The translations under genes and the position numbers were made by a program. From NCBI RefSeq assembly GCF_001194135.2, contig NC_068983.1, positions 22,915,781 to 22,979,780 on the forward strand: a stretch of 64,000 nucleotides of DNA. Reading direction: 5' to 3'. The notes beneath the pieces are model-generated. The model saw nothing but the letters and a program-made list of their open reading frames with translations. It was not told the origin of the DNA and ran no database searches. Position 1 is the first letter of the stretch. Every line of letters begins with the position of its first letter. This stretch comes from Octopus bimaculoides. Taxonomy: Eukaryota. Positions 53,190 to 64,000 of this stretch are shown piece by piece.

Positions 53190-54457
53190 GATGGTGATGG
53201 TGGTCTTATTGACGTCATATTGGAATCCGGATCCAGCCACATCATACCTTTCTTTCCAGAAATGATGCCACGGGATTGATTTTTGGTGCTTCTTCAAAAT
53301 CTACATTTCAACTCAGATGAGAACCAGGATGACAAGCTGCACCAAATATGTCCTATCATTGACGAAGTGGCTGAAAATTTCAGAATGGATATTTGTATAA
53401 ATGAGAGTTTGTGGAGATTCAAGGGAAGGCTCTAATTCAAATAATACAACCCAACCAAATATGCCCACTTTGAAGTTAAGATTTATAAAGTTTGCCAGTC
53501 AACTGGCAGAGCCTTTGGGTAAATGTGGAGTTGTGAAATCTACACTGGTCAGGACAGATTGCATCTTCCAGTGTCTGCTCTAGCATCAATTGATATCATG
53601 TTGTCACTGAATGAAAACGTGTTTGACAAAGGCTACAGTTTCTATACAGAGAACTGGTTTTCCAGTCCAGACCTTTTCCTGCAGCTGTAGGTGAGGAGGA
53701 CTAATGCCTGTGGGACTATGAGGATGCACAGGAAAAAACATGCCACCCAATCTTCACAAGATAAAACTTTGAAAGGGGGAAACAGTGTACCAATGCACCA
53801 ATAGTGGCATTCTCACTCCAGTGTGGCGTGGCAAGAAAAACGTCTGAATGTTAACCACAATGCATTCTGAAAGCATGAAGGACATTAGGAAACAACATGC
53901 AGACAGTAATGCTATAATGAAATTGAGTGTAGTTGTTTCATACAATGAAGGGATGGGCGGGGTTGACTGCTCAGATCAGCTGACAACACACAAATTGATG
54001 AGAAAATTTGTGAAATGGTGCAAAAAACTTTTCTTGTATATAGTTGACGTGTGTAGTGATTTAATGTTTGATTTGGCAGATGCTTGGCAGTGTGGGGGAT
54101 GGATTGACCAGGAATCTATTGTTCCATGAAATGATAGAAGCATCAGACCTGCCAAAGTACAGAAGGTGTGGACATCCCCAAGCCGGACTCTCTCCTTACC
54201 ACATGGTAAAGGGACATGGACGTCCCCACACCAGACTCTCTCCTCACTGCATAGTGAAGGGACATGGAAATTTTCTATGATTGTTACCCCCCCCCCCACA
54301 CACACACACACACCGCCAAGAAGACAAATGCTTCAGTGATGCACAGTATGTAAAGCAAAAGGGAAAAGTTAGGAAACTAGGCACCATTGTTCACAATGTA
54401 ATCTGCCAGTGTGTGGTACCCTGTTTAGATCTCTTCCACACTGAAGTTAATTTTTGA
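53190..54457 (+). pseudogene. Dead piggyBac (PGBD4-like, DDE_Tnp_1_7) transposase
   Basis: SYWNPDP..MMPRD*F..LHF..DKL..I.PIID..ICINESL..FKGRL..YNP.K..F.VKIY..C..YTENWFSS..TNACGTMR.HRK..YNEGMGGVDCSDQ..KW.KKLF, plus a C-terminal CTVC...HCSQCNLPVC..PC..FH finger. Multiple stops and at least two frameshifts; probable right end aaagcgg-TTAA at ~54706. Confidence 0.92.
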
Positions 54458-56384
54458 ATTCATGTGATTGTAAAAACATGAAGTTGATCTGACTTGTGCT
54501 GTCAAGTGATCTTATTCAGGAATAATACTGCATGAGTGTCCTGCACAGGGGTATAGTTTAGATAAATAAACAGTACTTGCACTAAAGCAGTTGACGTAAA
54601 TATAAGCCAAATGTTATCTCACACTGAGTACTGACCTCAATCAGCACGATTACTGTTGCCGTATTCAAGCAACCAAATAAATCACTGCCATAAACTGGTT
54701 AAAGCGGTTAATGTAAATATATACCAAACCATTGTCGTACACTAATTGCTGATCTTAGCCAAGATGATTGCCATCAATGCAGCATAGTTGCTTGATAAAA
54801 AAAACAAACCTGTTGTCATGGGGTTAAACATCTTGGTTAAGATAAAAATTCTTTAACCTTTCTTGTGGTATTTGATAGATTCACCTCTACCAGTTCTTTC
54901 AAAGATACCTTTATAATTAGTTTAACCCTTTTGATACCAACCTACCTGAGACTGCTCCTGGTTCCATGATATGAAATCCCTGCTTTGAAGGGATCTCAAT
55001 TAAAACTGTCCATGAGAATTTTATGTTCATTTATGTTCCAAACAATCAGCTTAACAATGTTAGATATTATTAAATTCTTCATTATTTTTAAAATTAAATT
55101 AAAATAATAGCAGTATATTTCCTTAGAAACATGGTAACAAATGGTTAATATTTTATGGAAGAGAGAAAAAAAGGGATTAATAAAGATACATAAGGAATTT
55201 TATGTAGGGATACCCTGAGATATGGAATGTATTTCCAGGTTTCTGTAAGAGTAAAATGGTTTGTAAATACTGCTGTAGAGTCTTTTTCCTTTTGATATTT
55301 CAACTGGCTGTATGTTCAGTCTGTTTTATGATTAATCCACACCAACCAATAATGTCATTCTAAAAATAAGCAATTACATTATCAAAATCTTGAAGCTTCA
55401 AGATAATGCATGATTAATTTAAAACCGTGTAAATAAATAAGCATTACATTTGACCCAGTAAAGGGTTGAAATAAAGACCCTTGGATAATATAGACCTGGA
55501 TATACAAGAAACTAAGAATAAACATCAACAACAGCAACTTAAATGACAATTGGAAGGCCAAGTCAGCTATGAAATTGTTTTTGGTACTGCACTGTCTATA
55601 TGACCGATATATTTTTCTCTCACAACCTTCTCTGCCCCAGTGTACCTAGCTGTAAATAAGTACCATAGGAGTGTACAGTTCTCTACAGAAAATATCTGGA
55701 GCACTGTACACAATGCTCCAACTGTCTTGTTTTGTTTCTTGTAATGAGTTCAAAGTGAAGTTAGTATAAATGAGCAATACAATGACAAAACTTATGAATT
55801 TTGTATGAATGCAGTGTTGTTGTTTTGTAGATTGATTTATTAGCTAATTGGATAGTGTTGCCTAACAACGATGTCATAATCAGTGCAGCAAAGTCATTCT
55901 TTGTAATGTATTCACTCATCTATGTTCACTTGGCAGTCATCAAAGACATATTTGATGTAGTCTGAAACAAACATTTTGTTACTGTTGTTGCTGTAGTTAT
56001 TGTTTTCATCACACAACATTCTGACAGTCATATCTTTGATGCACATACAGATTTAAAATATGAATCTTGATCATGATGCATTGACAGAGAAGCATTTTTG
56101 AAAATTCAGATCAATAATGCAAATTACCTTAAAAAATAAAAACCTAAAACACTTTTTTTTATAATATGCAGATTCTTTTGCAGCAGGTGGCCATCACAAT
56201 CATAAACTGCATATTATTGAACCATTGTCTAACATGTTTAGCATAACTTTTCAAAGAAATAAAATACCTGGTGTGTATTCATTTACAAAAGTCACACTAA
56301 TTCACAAAAACTAGTCAGATTCAGTTAAACAATTACCATTTGTTGTGCTCATGTTGTAAAAGTAATGGAATCTTCTATACAAAA

Positions 56385-58115
56385 GAAATTAGTTGAATAT
56401 TTGCATCAGAATAAATTAGTTCCCAAATTTCAGCATGGTTTTATGAACAAAAGATCTATAGTATCTCAACTTTTATTATGGTCTACTGAATGGACTTTTG
56501 TTGATCAGAATTCCAGTTATGAGTTACTTATTTAGATATAAACAAAAAGCTTTCATGGAATATCTCACTCAAAATTACTAAAAATTAAAGAAAAAAAGTA
56601 GAAGAAATTTAAATCGTTTGGAATTAGAAACAAAATTTTATGACAGTTCAAAAACAATAGGAAAATAATGAACACTGTTTGTATTACAAAAAATAGTTTC
56701 TGTAATTGAGCTTGTCACATTTAGAGTACTGCAGAATAGCCATCTTTAGCCAATAGCTTTTCTGGTTTATATAAATGAGTTGCACAAAGTAATTTGGTTT
56801 TTCTGTTATAATTTATCCCTTTAGAATTTTAAACTAGCTATATCCGACCCAAATAATCTACCAGTTTTATGATCAAACTGGCCATATCTGACTCAAATAT
56901 TCTGGTCAGAGCCAGTTTCTCACCCCTGCCCTTCATTGTCATTCTGAAAATAAACAATTACACCATAAAAATCTCAAAGCTTCAAGATAATGTGTGATTA
57001 ATTCAAAACAATGTAATTGAATAAGCATTACATTTGACAAAATAATCTGAATGGTGAAGGATTAAAGTTGTATGTAAATACATGGTTCTTATGGGTTTAA
57101 ACAGTGCAGTTGTTTTTGGTTATTCAAAAATGTTAGGTTTTTACACTTTGCTTTTTAAAATCTTGAATGTCAAGTAGTTCTTGTATATAGCTAAAATTCC
57201 CAAGGTTTTTAACATCTCTGATCTGGGAATTATTGTAAGTAATGATTTGAAATTTTCATGACATTGTTCTAAAGTCAGCTCCAAATGTTACATGTGATGT
57301 TTAAGATTTTTCAATCACAAGAGAAATTATATAAAATTTATGTCCATCCTCAATTTGAATATGCCACAAGGATCTGGAGTCCTTATGGATCTATTTTAAA
57401 ACGGGGGCACCAGTTTTCATTTATGTTTTATGTAGTGTTTTTGGTACGGAAAGACTTTCAAACTTCGTATACTTATCTATTTTATATTATAGAACAGAAA
57501 AATATTTTTGTATTCGAATTTATTTCATGTAAAAAATTGTCTTATTTCGATAATTTCTACTAATCACTGACGTCTATTCAGTTGAAAACAGTTAGCGCTG
57601 TAACGGTGTATATCGTATTAATCCCCTAACCCTAACTAGAATGTTAACCGTAACCCTAACCCTAACCCTAAAACTAACCCTAACTCTAGAATCCGAACTC
57701 TAAAATTGTTACACACATAGATATGCACAGCGTAATTTATTATATAAACAATATATGCGTATAAATTACGATTAAACCGGATGAAATATGTCACAGGGAA
57801 TAACATTTTTATGACCGCCCAGCAGTCACTCTATTGAGCAAAATAGACTTCAGTGATTGGTTGAAATTACAGAAATACGACAACTTTAACATGGAATAAC
57901 TTGCGAATTCCTTTTTTTTTTGTTAAGAAGACTAAGAGTAAAAGATGTTTTATATGACACATTCTACCAGTGTCCCAAGTTTCAAAGTGTTTCGTTAGTG
58001 TTTCGTTAAGAAAATACTGGCGCCCCCGTCTTAAAATAGATCCGTCCTTATTTGTTAAAAGATGTTGACTATATTAAGCTAGTGCAACAGAATTTTACAA
58101 AAAAGAATTAGTGTA
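56385..58115 (+). pseudogene. CR1-group LINE reverse-transcriptase remnant interrupted by two MITEs
   Basis: QHGFMNKRSIVSQLL, VTFRVLQNS..L.PI.FLVYINEL (cf. GVPQGSVLGP..F..YINDL), and LYKIYVHPQFEYATRIWSPY|LLKDVDYIKLVQQNFTK, which rejoins after removing the 57387-58043 insertion. Confidence 0.88.
57387..58043. mobile_element. Merlin-like MITE (GG termini, 8-bp TSD) with an internal (CCCTAA)n tract
   Basis: TIR GGATCTATTTTAA(A/G)ACGGGGGC(A/G)CCAGT; exact TSD GTCCTTAT at 57379-57386 and 58044-58051; degenerate CCCTAA repeats at ~57624-57690. Superfamily assignment is from the GG ends plus 8-bp TSD. Confidence 0.8.
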
Positions 58116-60597
58116 TGTCCAACCACAGAAACCAAACCAAAACAGTTGAATGGAGCTTGATGTATCTCCAGTTTACCAGTCCCAGTGAAAACATCTAACT
58201 TATGCCAGCATAGAAAAAGGACATGATAGGATGATGATGATCAATTACATATTTTAAAACCTGAGTCTTCAGGAGAAACAAGAATACGAAGCAACCTAAT
58301 TTTGGTTTTAAAAATTTCAATCTAGTGGATGATTCTAGCAAGTTTTTCAAAACTATAAATGCTAAGAATCAAGATGTCATTCTAAAAAAAAAAAAAAAAA
58401 CAGATTTTTATTCAATGTCCCTAATGAAAAATACTCTCCATAGTCTATATTTCATTAGATCAAGAGCCAATGAAAAAAAATTGATGTGGGAGAATAACAT
58501 ATCAGCATCAATGATCTTGTAGTTGTTTGTCGAAATATTATGTTTGTTGATGTTACTGCTGTAGATGTTTATTATTAGATACCAATGAGTTGGTCAGTTT
58601 ATTTGATTTAGGCCTACAGGCCTAAACCCTGTGGTTAGTTAGATAGCAATACAACTTCTTGGTTGTATATTATAGATGTAGATGTAGGTGTGGCAAAGTT
58701 TACTTCCCAACCACATGGTTCTGAATTTAGTCCCACTGCATAGTACCTTGGGCAAGTATCTTCTTCTATAGCTTTGGTTCAATCAAAGCCTTGTAGGTAG
58801 ATTTGGTAGACAGAAACTGAAAGAAGCCTGTTGTGTGTGTGTGTGTCCCATTGCTTGACAACCAGTGTTGGTTTGTTTAAATCCTCCATAACTTAGTTAT
58901 TCAGCAAAAGAGATTGATAGAATAAATACCAGACTTGGGAAAATCGGTACTGGTTCAGTTTATTTGACTAAAACCCTTCAAGGCAGTGCCCCAGCATGGT
59001 CACAGTCCAAAATGACAGGATGGTCAAAGCTGGAATGTCTTTGATCAGATCTGCCAATTTATCTGATCCTCTTGTATTTTTTTTATACCTTAAGCCAGGA
59101 ACTTCAGCACCCTATCATGTGTGTGTGTGTATGTATATATATATATACACATGCACACACACACATATGAGTACCATATTTTTCTGTTTAGTCTGATGTT
59201 AAAATTTGTTTTAATATTTGCTTGTGTGTCATGGGGCCCTCATTTTGTTTATCTCTTCATTTACAAAAATCTCTACTCTAGACTCTCTCACTATGTAGGT
59301 GTCTGTCTGCATTTTGCTATCTTTAGTAGATAACATTCTCATACACATTCATGTCTTATCTTGCTTGGTTGTATCAATAAGACATTTTATTCCCAAAGTA
59401 AAAGAAACAAGGTTAATCTCAGCTTATTATAATAGATGTGTTTTTGGTAGATATAGTTTAGATACAGTAGGAATATTCTATTACTTTCATTGGCTTATTT
59501 TTAACATTTTTGGAGGAGATTTCATTTCTTATGCCTACAGTTCTTTCTTATAAAACATATACACAAATTAATCTTCTTTTGTTTAAGATAAAACTTTCAG
59601 ATTTGAATTCAAATAGATTGTTTGCAATAAAATGAATATGTATTATATATATTTATGTGTGTGTGTGTGTGTGTGTGTGTGTCATTTGTTCATTTATTTA
59701 ATATCAGTTTTATCATTCTAGTATGACTTGGTTGGGAAATTGATTTTGAGGTAGATTTTATGGCTGAACGTTCTTCTTGTTGCCAACCCTCACTTGATTT
59801 TTCAGGTAAAGGACTTCTGTTATTTCACAAGTCTTTAAAAGTCCACAGTCATTATCGAAGGCAGCCAGCTGGCAGAATTGTTAACATGTTGGGCAAAGTG
59901 TTTAGCAGTACTTCTTGCACTTTACATTCTGAGTTCAAATTCCATCCAGATCAGCCTTTGCCTTTTATCCTTTCAGAGTCGATAGTACCAGTTGACCACT
60001 AGGGTTGATGTAATTGACTAGTACCCCCTCAAAATTACAGGCCTTTTGCCTATAGTAGAAAGGATTATTATTTTTATTATTAGTATTATTAACATAATAA
60101 AACTACTTCCTGGTAGTTTAGTTAGCAAGGATGTTGTGCTGTGGTTTAGTGACAAGGGTCCTCAAATCTCTAGAATCTTTCTTTGGATTCTTACAGAGAT
60201 TATCTAGAATTAACTATTTTTTTTATTGCAAGTTCTTTGATGAATAGTAATTGTCAGGTGGTTCTTCAGCTGAGAGATATTTTCAATACTTGGAAATATC
60301 TCTCAGTTGATACATCTGATGATATTATCCAGCAAAAAACTTGAAGTACTAGAAAAGAAATGAGCTTTAACTGTAATGATATTTACTTCAGGCATTGAGC
60401 ATGTATTTTTCTAATTACTGTTGTGATGCTACACAGACAGACAATGAATGGTTAAGCTCTTTTATATGTACAAAAAAGGCCTAAGACAGAAAAAGAACAC
60501 AATGTTATTTGTTCCTTTTTCTGTTTTTTGTTTTGTTTTAGGCCAAACCTGTGAATATCCTTTTTCATATATATAGGTATAGCTGTGTGGTTTAGAG

Positions 60598-60846
60598 CAG
60601 TGACCCCCAACCTTTTTGGCACCACAGACCAAAGTATCATGCACGTTCACAAAACACAGAGTGCGTAGTATGTGATACAATTATTACAGATAAATTACAT
60701 ATATAATGTAAAAACACTCTGCAGACAGGGATTGTCAATAAAATAGAAATAAAAATTTAAAACTTATTCTTTCTGTAAGGGCCCTGTACCAAATGGTCCA
60801 TGACCCAGTACCAAATGATCCATGGCCTGGTAGTTAGGGTCGCTTG
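60598..60846. mobile_element. hAT-type MITE inserted in a SINE-A head
   Basis: CAGTGACCCCCAACC start; exact 8-bp TSD GTTTAGAG at 60590-60597 and 60847-60854. Confidence 0.85.
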
Positions 60847-63800
60847 GTTTAGAGGTTTAATTTGCAACCACATTGATTTGAGTTTAACCCCACTGAACAA
60901 CACTTTGCACAAGTGCCTTCTATCTTTGCTTGGTGTTGACCAATACCTTGTGAGTGGAATATGCTGATAATTTTGGAAATGGATATAAATACCAGCAAGA
61001 AATATAAAATGGTCACGCTTGTTACTCTAGCCATTGGTGCATTGGAATCCTGTAACCAATGCTACTATCATTCACAAATTATGGTAAATGAATAAATAAA
61101 ATGTTTGTATAAATTTTGGCAACTCGATGAGCTCTCTTACACCCACTCCTGATCTAGAATGTGAGAATATTAAATAATTATATGGAATGCCACACAGCAT
61201 GGTTACTTGACTGTTGGTTCAGTATGTACTTACAGGTTTAGTATATTTAGTGTTTATAACTATTAATATCTTAAAAAACATTTTTTAGTGTTGGTGCAAA
61301 GTATTACATTGCAACAATGTTATAGACAATAACCTGTTCACATACTCAGCTACAAAGTCGAAAATAGAGCCAACGTCTGGTTAGGTTCCTAGCAGGAAGT
61401 ATTTTATAAGATGTTTCTACTGAAGAAATGGACATATACATAAATGTACACAAGCACACTTACACTCCATTATATATTTATAATAGGTGTGATTGAGTAG
61501 TTTTCTTTGCAATTTGCAAACACCTGGTTTTGCATTCAGTGCTCCTGTGCATTACATTGGACAAGTATTTTCTGCTAGAAGCCCAGGGCAACCAATGCCT
61601 TGTAAGTGAATTTAGTAGATGTAAACTGTACAATGCCTGGTATGTAATGGGCATGTGTTTAGGTAGATGCATATATGTGTGTGCATGCTCACATGTGCTG
61701 ACATATGTACATGTGTGTTTGTGTTAATGTTTACATTCTGTGTTTCTTCAAAAAACCTCTGAGCTGTGGGCAATCATGATGCTGGCATTTTGTTGCCAAA
61801 AATTATCTGGAGTCTCTACACTTTTGAAGATGAATGGAATTAAAAATCCCTCATTTAAAAGACAAGTAGAGGTTTACAACAGAAAGTGTCTCCAGCTGTA
61901 AATGTCAATGCCTTATGTTTTCGTCTAATTCATACTAAACATGAAAAAACAGACTTAAAAGAAATACACGCACACCCTTCACTCTGTTAGGAGGCACAAG
62001 CCACATTACATACATGACAGGAACTTCTACCTACCAAATCTAATCAAAGGGCTTTGGTCAGCCCGAGGCTATAGTAGAAGATACTTGCCTGAAGTGCCAC
62101 ACAGTGAGACTGAACCTGAGACCATTTTGGTTGAGAAGCAAGTTTCCTAAACACAGCCATACCTGACACATTTATATCAGCTTCATGCATGAAGAGAAGC
62201 ATGAGAAGTAAGGTATCCTTTCAGAAAAGAGAAAGAAAGCAACACTTACAGTGGATTTGAACTCCCAAACCACCACCTAACAGTCTAATATCAAACGTAC
62301 TTTTTATACAGTATCTCTATCTGTCTGTCTACACACACAAACACTTGGTCAGTGTAATCTAGAAACAGGTTGGATAATTTTGTTGTATATTGATTTTATG
62401 AACTGAAACCTGTATTTTGTCCAAATTTAAATTACTATCTTAACATTTCCTTTTCTCTTCATCAAATCTCCCAAATTAACATTTCTCTCAGTCAACTTTT
62501 TTTTTTTCTACCATTTTATCAATTTACGAGCCGAACTTTGATGTGAACTAATGTAATTCATTTATTCCAAGTGTTCTTTCACCTTTATTTCTTGACTTCT
62601 CTTTCTAATTTCTGGCATCCAAATACATTGCAAAACAAAAAACATGCAAAATAAAAAACAAACAGAAAGTGGTATTTCCGTTTTACTCTATTTGTTTTCA
62701 TCTGACCTGGAGTTGACCTGTTTTCAGTTCACCATAGCATGTCTTTTATGCTCCTCTGGCCACTAAGATTCCATAAGGGATAAAGTTTTAGAGGAAATGT
62801 TGAAGTGGTTTGGTAAGGAAATCACTATAGGGTTAGTTAACAAAAGGGGAGAGTTGTGAACCAGGTTTATTTGAAGGTGGGGGGGGGGGTGATACATGGC
62901 TTTGATGGTTCAGAGAAACCAAGAGCTGTTACAGTCAACAGTCATGATAGAAGAAACAATATTTTGTGGATGATTGTTTGTGATTGCAATTTTGGCAGTG
63001 AATAAAAGCTTACCAATCACCTAGCTTTTTTCTTTTTGTGGAATCTATAATATTTTGGCACAAATGTGTTCTATAGAGAGTCAGTGTCTATTGAAAACTA
63101 ATGCAGATTTTGGCCTTTGTCCATTATTACTGAATATAAAATACAGTTTGCTATTTCAATAGTTTTCTTTGTTTTAAATTTGATAAATGGATAAATTACT
63201 TTTCTTGAGTCCATAAAAATGCAACCAATTTACATGGTGTTTGTAGTTTCACTGTTACATAGCAACTGTCTTAATCATTGTGGGTTTAGGATTTAGTTCA
63301 CTCGCCTAAGAGATATCAACAGTTGCTATAAATGTAACCTGAAAGATTGGGGAAACATAACCTTCAACCTTTGTTTCAATATGCAATGTTTTTAGTATAT
63401 CAACATTATCTACATGAGCAAAATGTTTGCTTGATTTAAAGCTAAATCATTTCAAAATGTTTTCGTTACCCGTGTATTCTCATCTGTTGCTCATTTCCCA
63501 GCCTGAAAATTCATGACCATATCCATGTTTTAGGGTTTGGTCATTTCCATGTGGTTCCTTTTAAAATAATCATTCACATCTATAATTAATTAATTGACAA
63601 CAAAACATGACAATCATACCATGATTTATCTACCTGCTGGTCTAATTAACTACTTATTTCTATATATTTTCACTTGAACTTTGTTGCTACAGTGTATTTT
63701 ATCAATTGTTTTTATAGTTGGCTACATTATTTTTGCTATCATTACCTTTGTCATCATCATCATCTTGTTTTTCCATGCTAGCATAGCTTGGACAAGTCTC

Positions 63801-64000
63801 TTCTGATACAGCAGCATCTTACCACTTGTCACAGCCCATTGTTATTTCTTTTGTAAGGTCCAGTATCCTGAGATCATCCCTCACTACTTCTTCTCACATA
63901 TTATTCCTTGGTCTACCTTTTCTGCAGATCATTTGTCATTCTTTTCATATATTTCACCTCAATATTTTCACATTCCTTCTTTTCTATGCTGTTATCCGAT

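Noticed and set aside
59790-59810. Another CAG|GTAAAG junction
   Set aside because: Lies within the reverse strand of a retroelement tail, so it is repeat-derived; the similar sites at ~19900 and ~46206 have weak pyrimidine tracts.
50820-64000. Downstream coding exons of the host gene
   Set aside because: No convincing exon was found by eye; the next exon probably lies beyond the window or is too short to recognise.

Overview
AT-rich eukaryotic (metazoan) genomic DNA from a gapped short-read assembly (7 N-gaps). The SINE/MITE families and dense (TA)/(CA)/(ATT) microsatellites resemble octopus (coleoid cephalopod) DNA; this is an inference. Only one host coding exon is convincing: a 468-nt plus-strand exon (50350-50817) with a Kozak ATG at 50455, encoding 121 aa of a protein tentatively similar to invertebrate Klarsicht/AKAP6-annotated proteins. 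Most of the window is probably that gene's 5'-UTR introns and alternative promoters. Two CpG-retaining domains (~3.4-14.6 kb and ~47.5-48.4 kb) stand out against CpG-depleted DNA. The rest is transposon debris: tRNA-derived SINEs, piggyBac-, hAT-, Tc1- and Merlin-type MITEs, a dead piggyBac transposase, CR1-, RTE- and L1/Tx1-like LINE fragments, and an LTR-like unit. No prokaryotic systems, CRISPR arrays, rRNA or true tRNA genes were seen. The best leads are a Merlin-like MITE family carrying telomeric (TTAGGG) repeats, one copy of which is a fold-back palindrome; AG|GT recursive-splice-like sites; a polarised CpG-rich minisatellite; an LTR-like promoter; and a 294-bp near-perfect palindrome.
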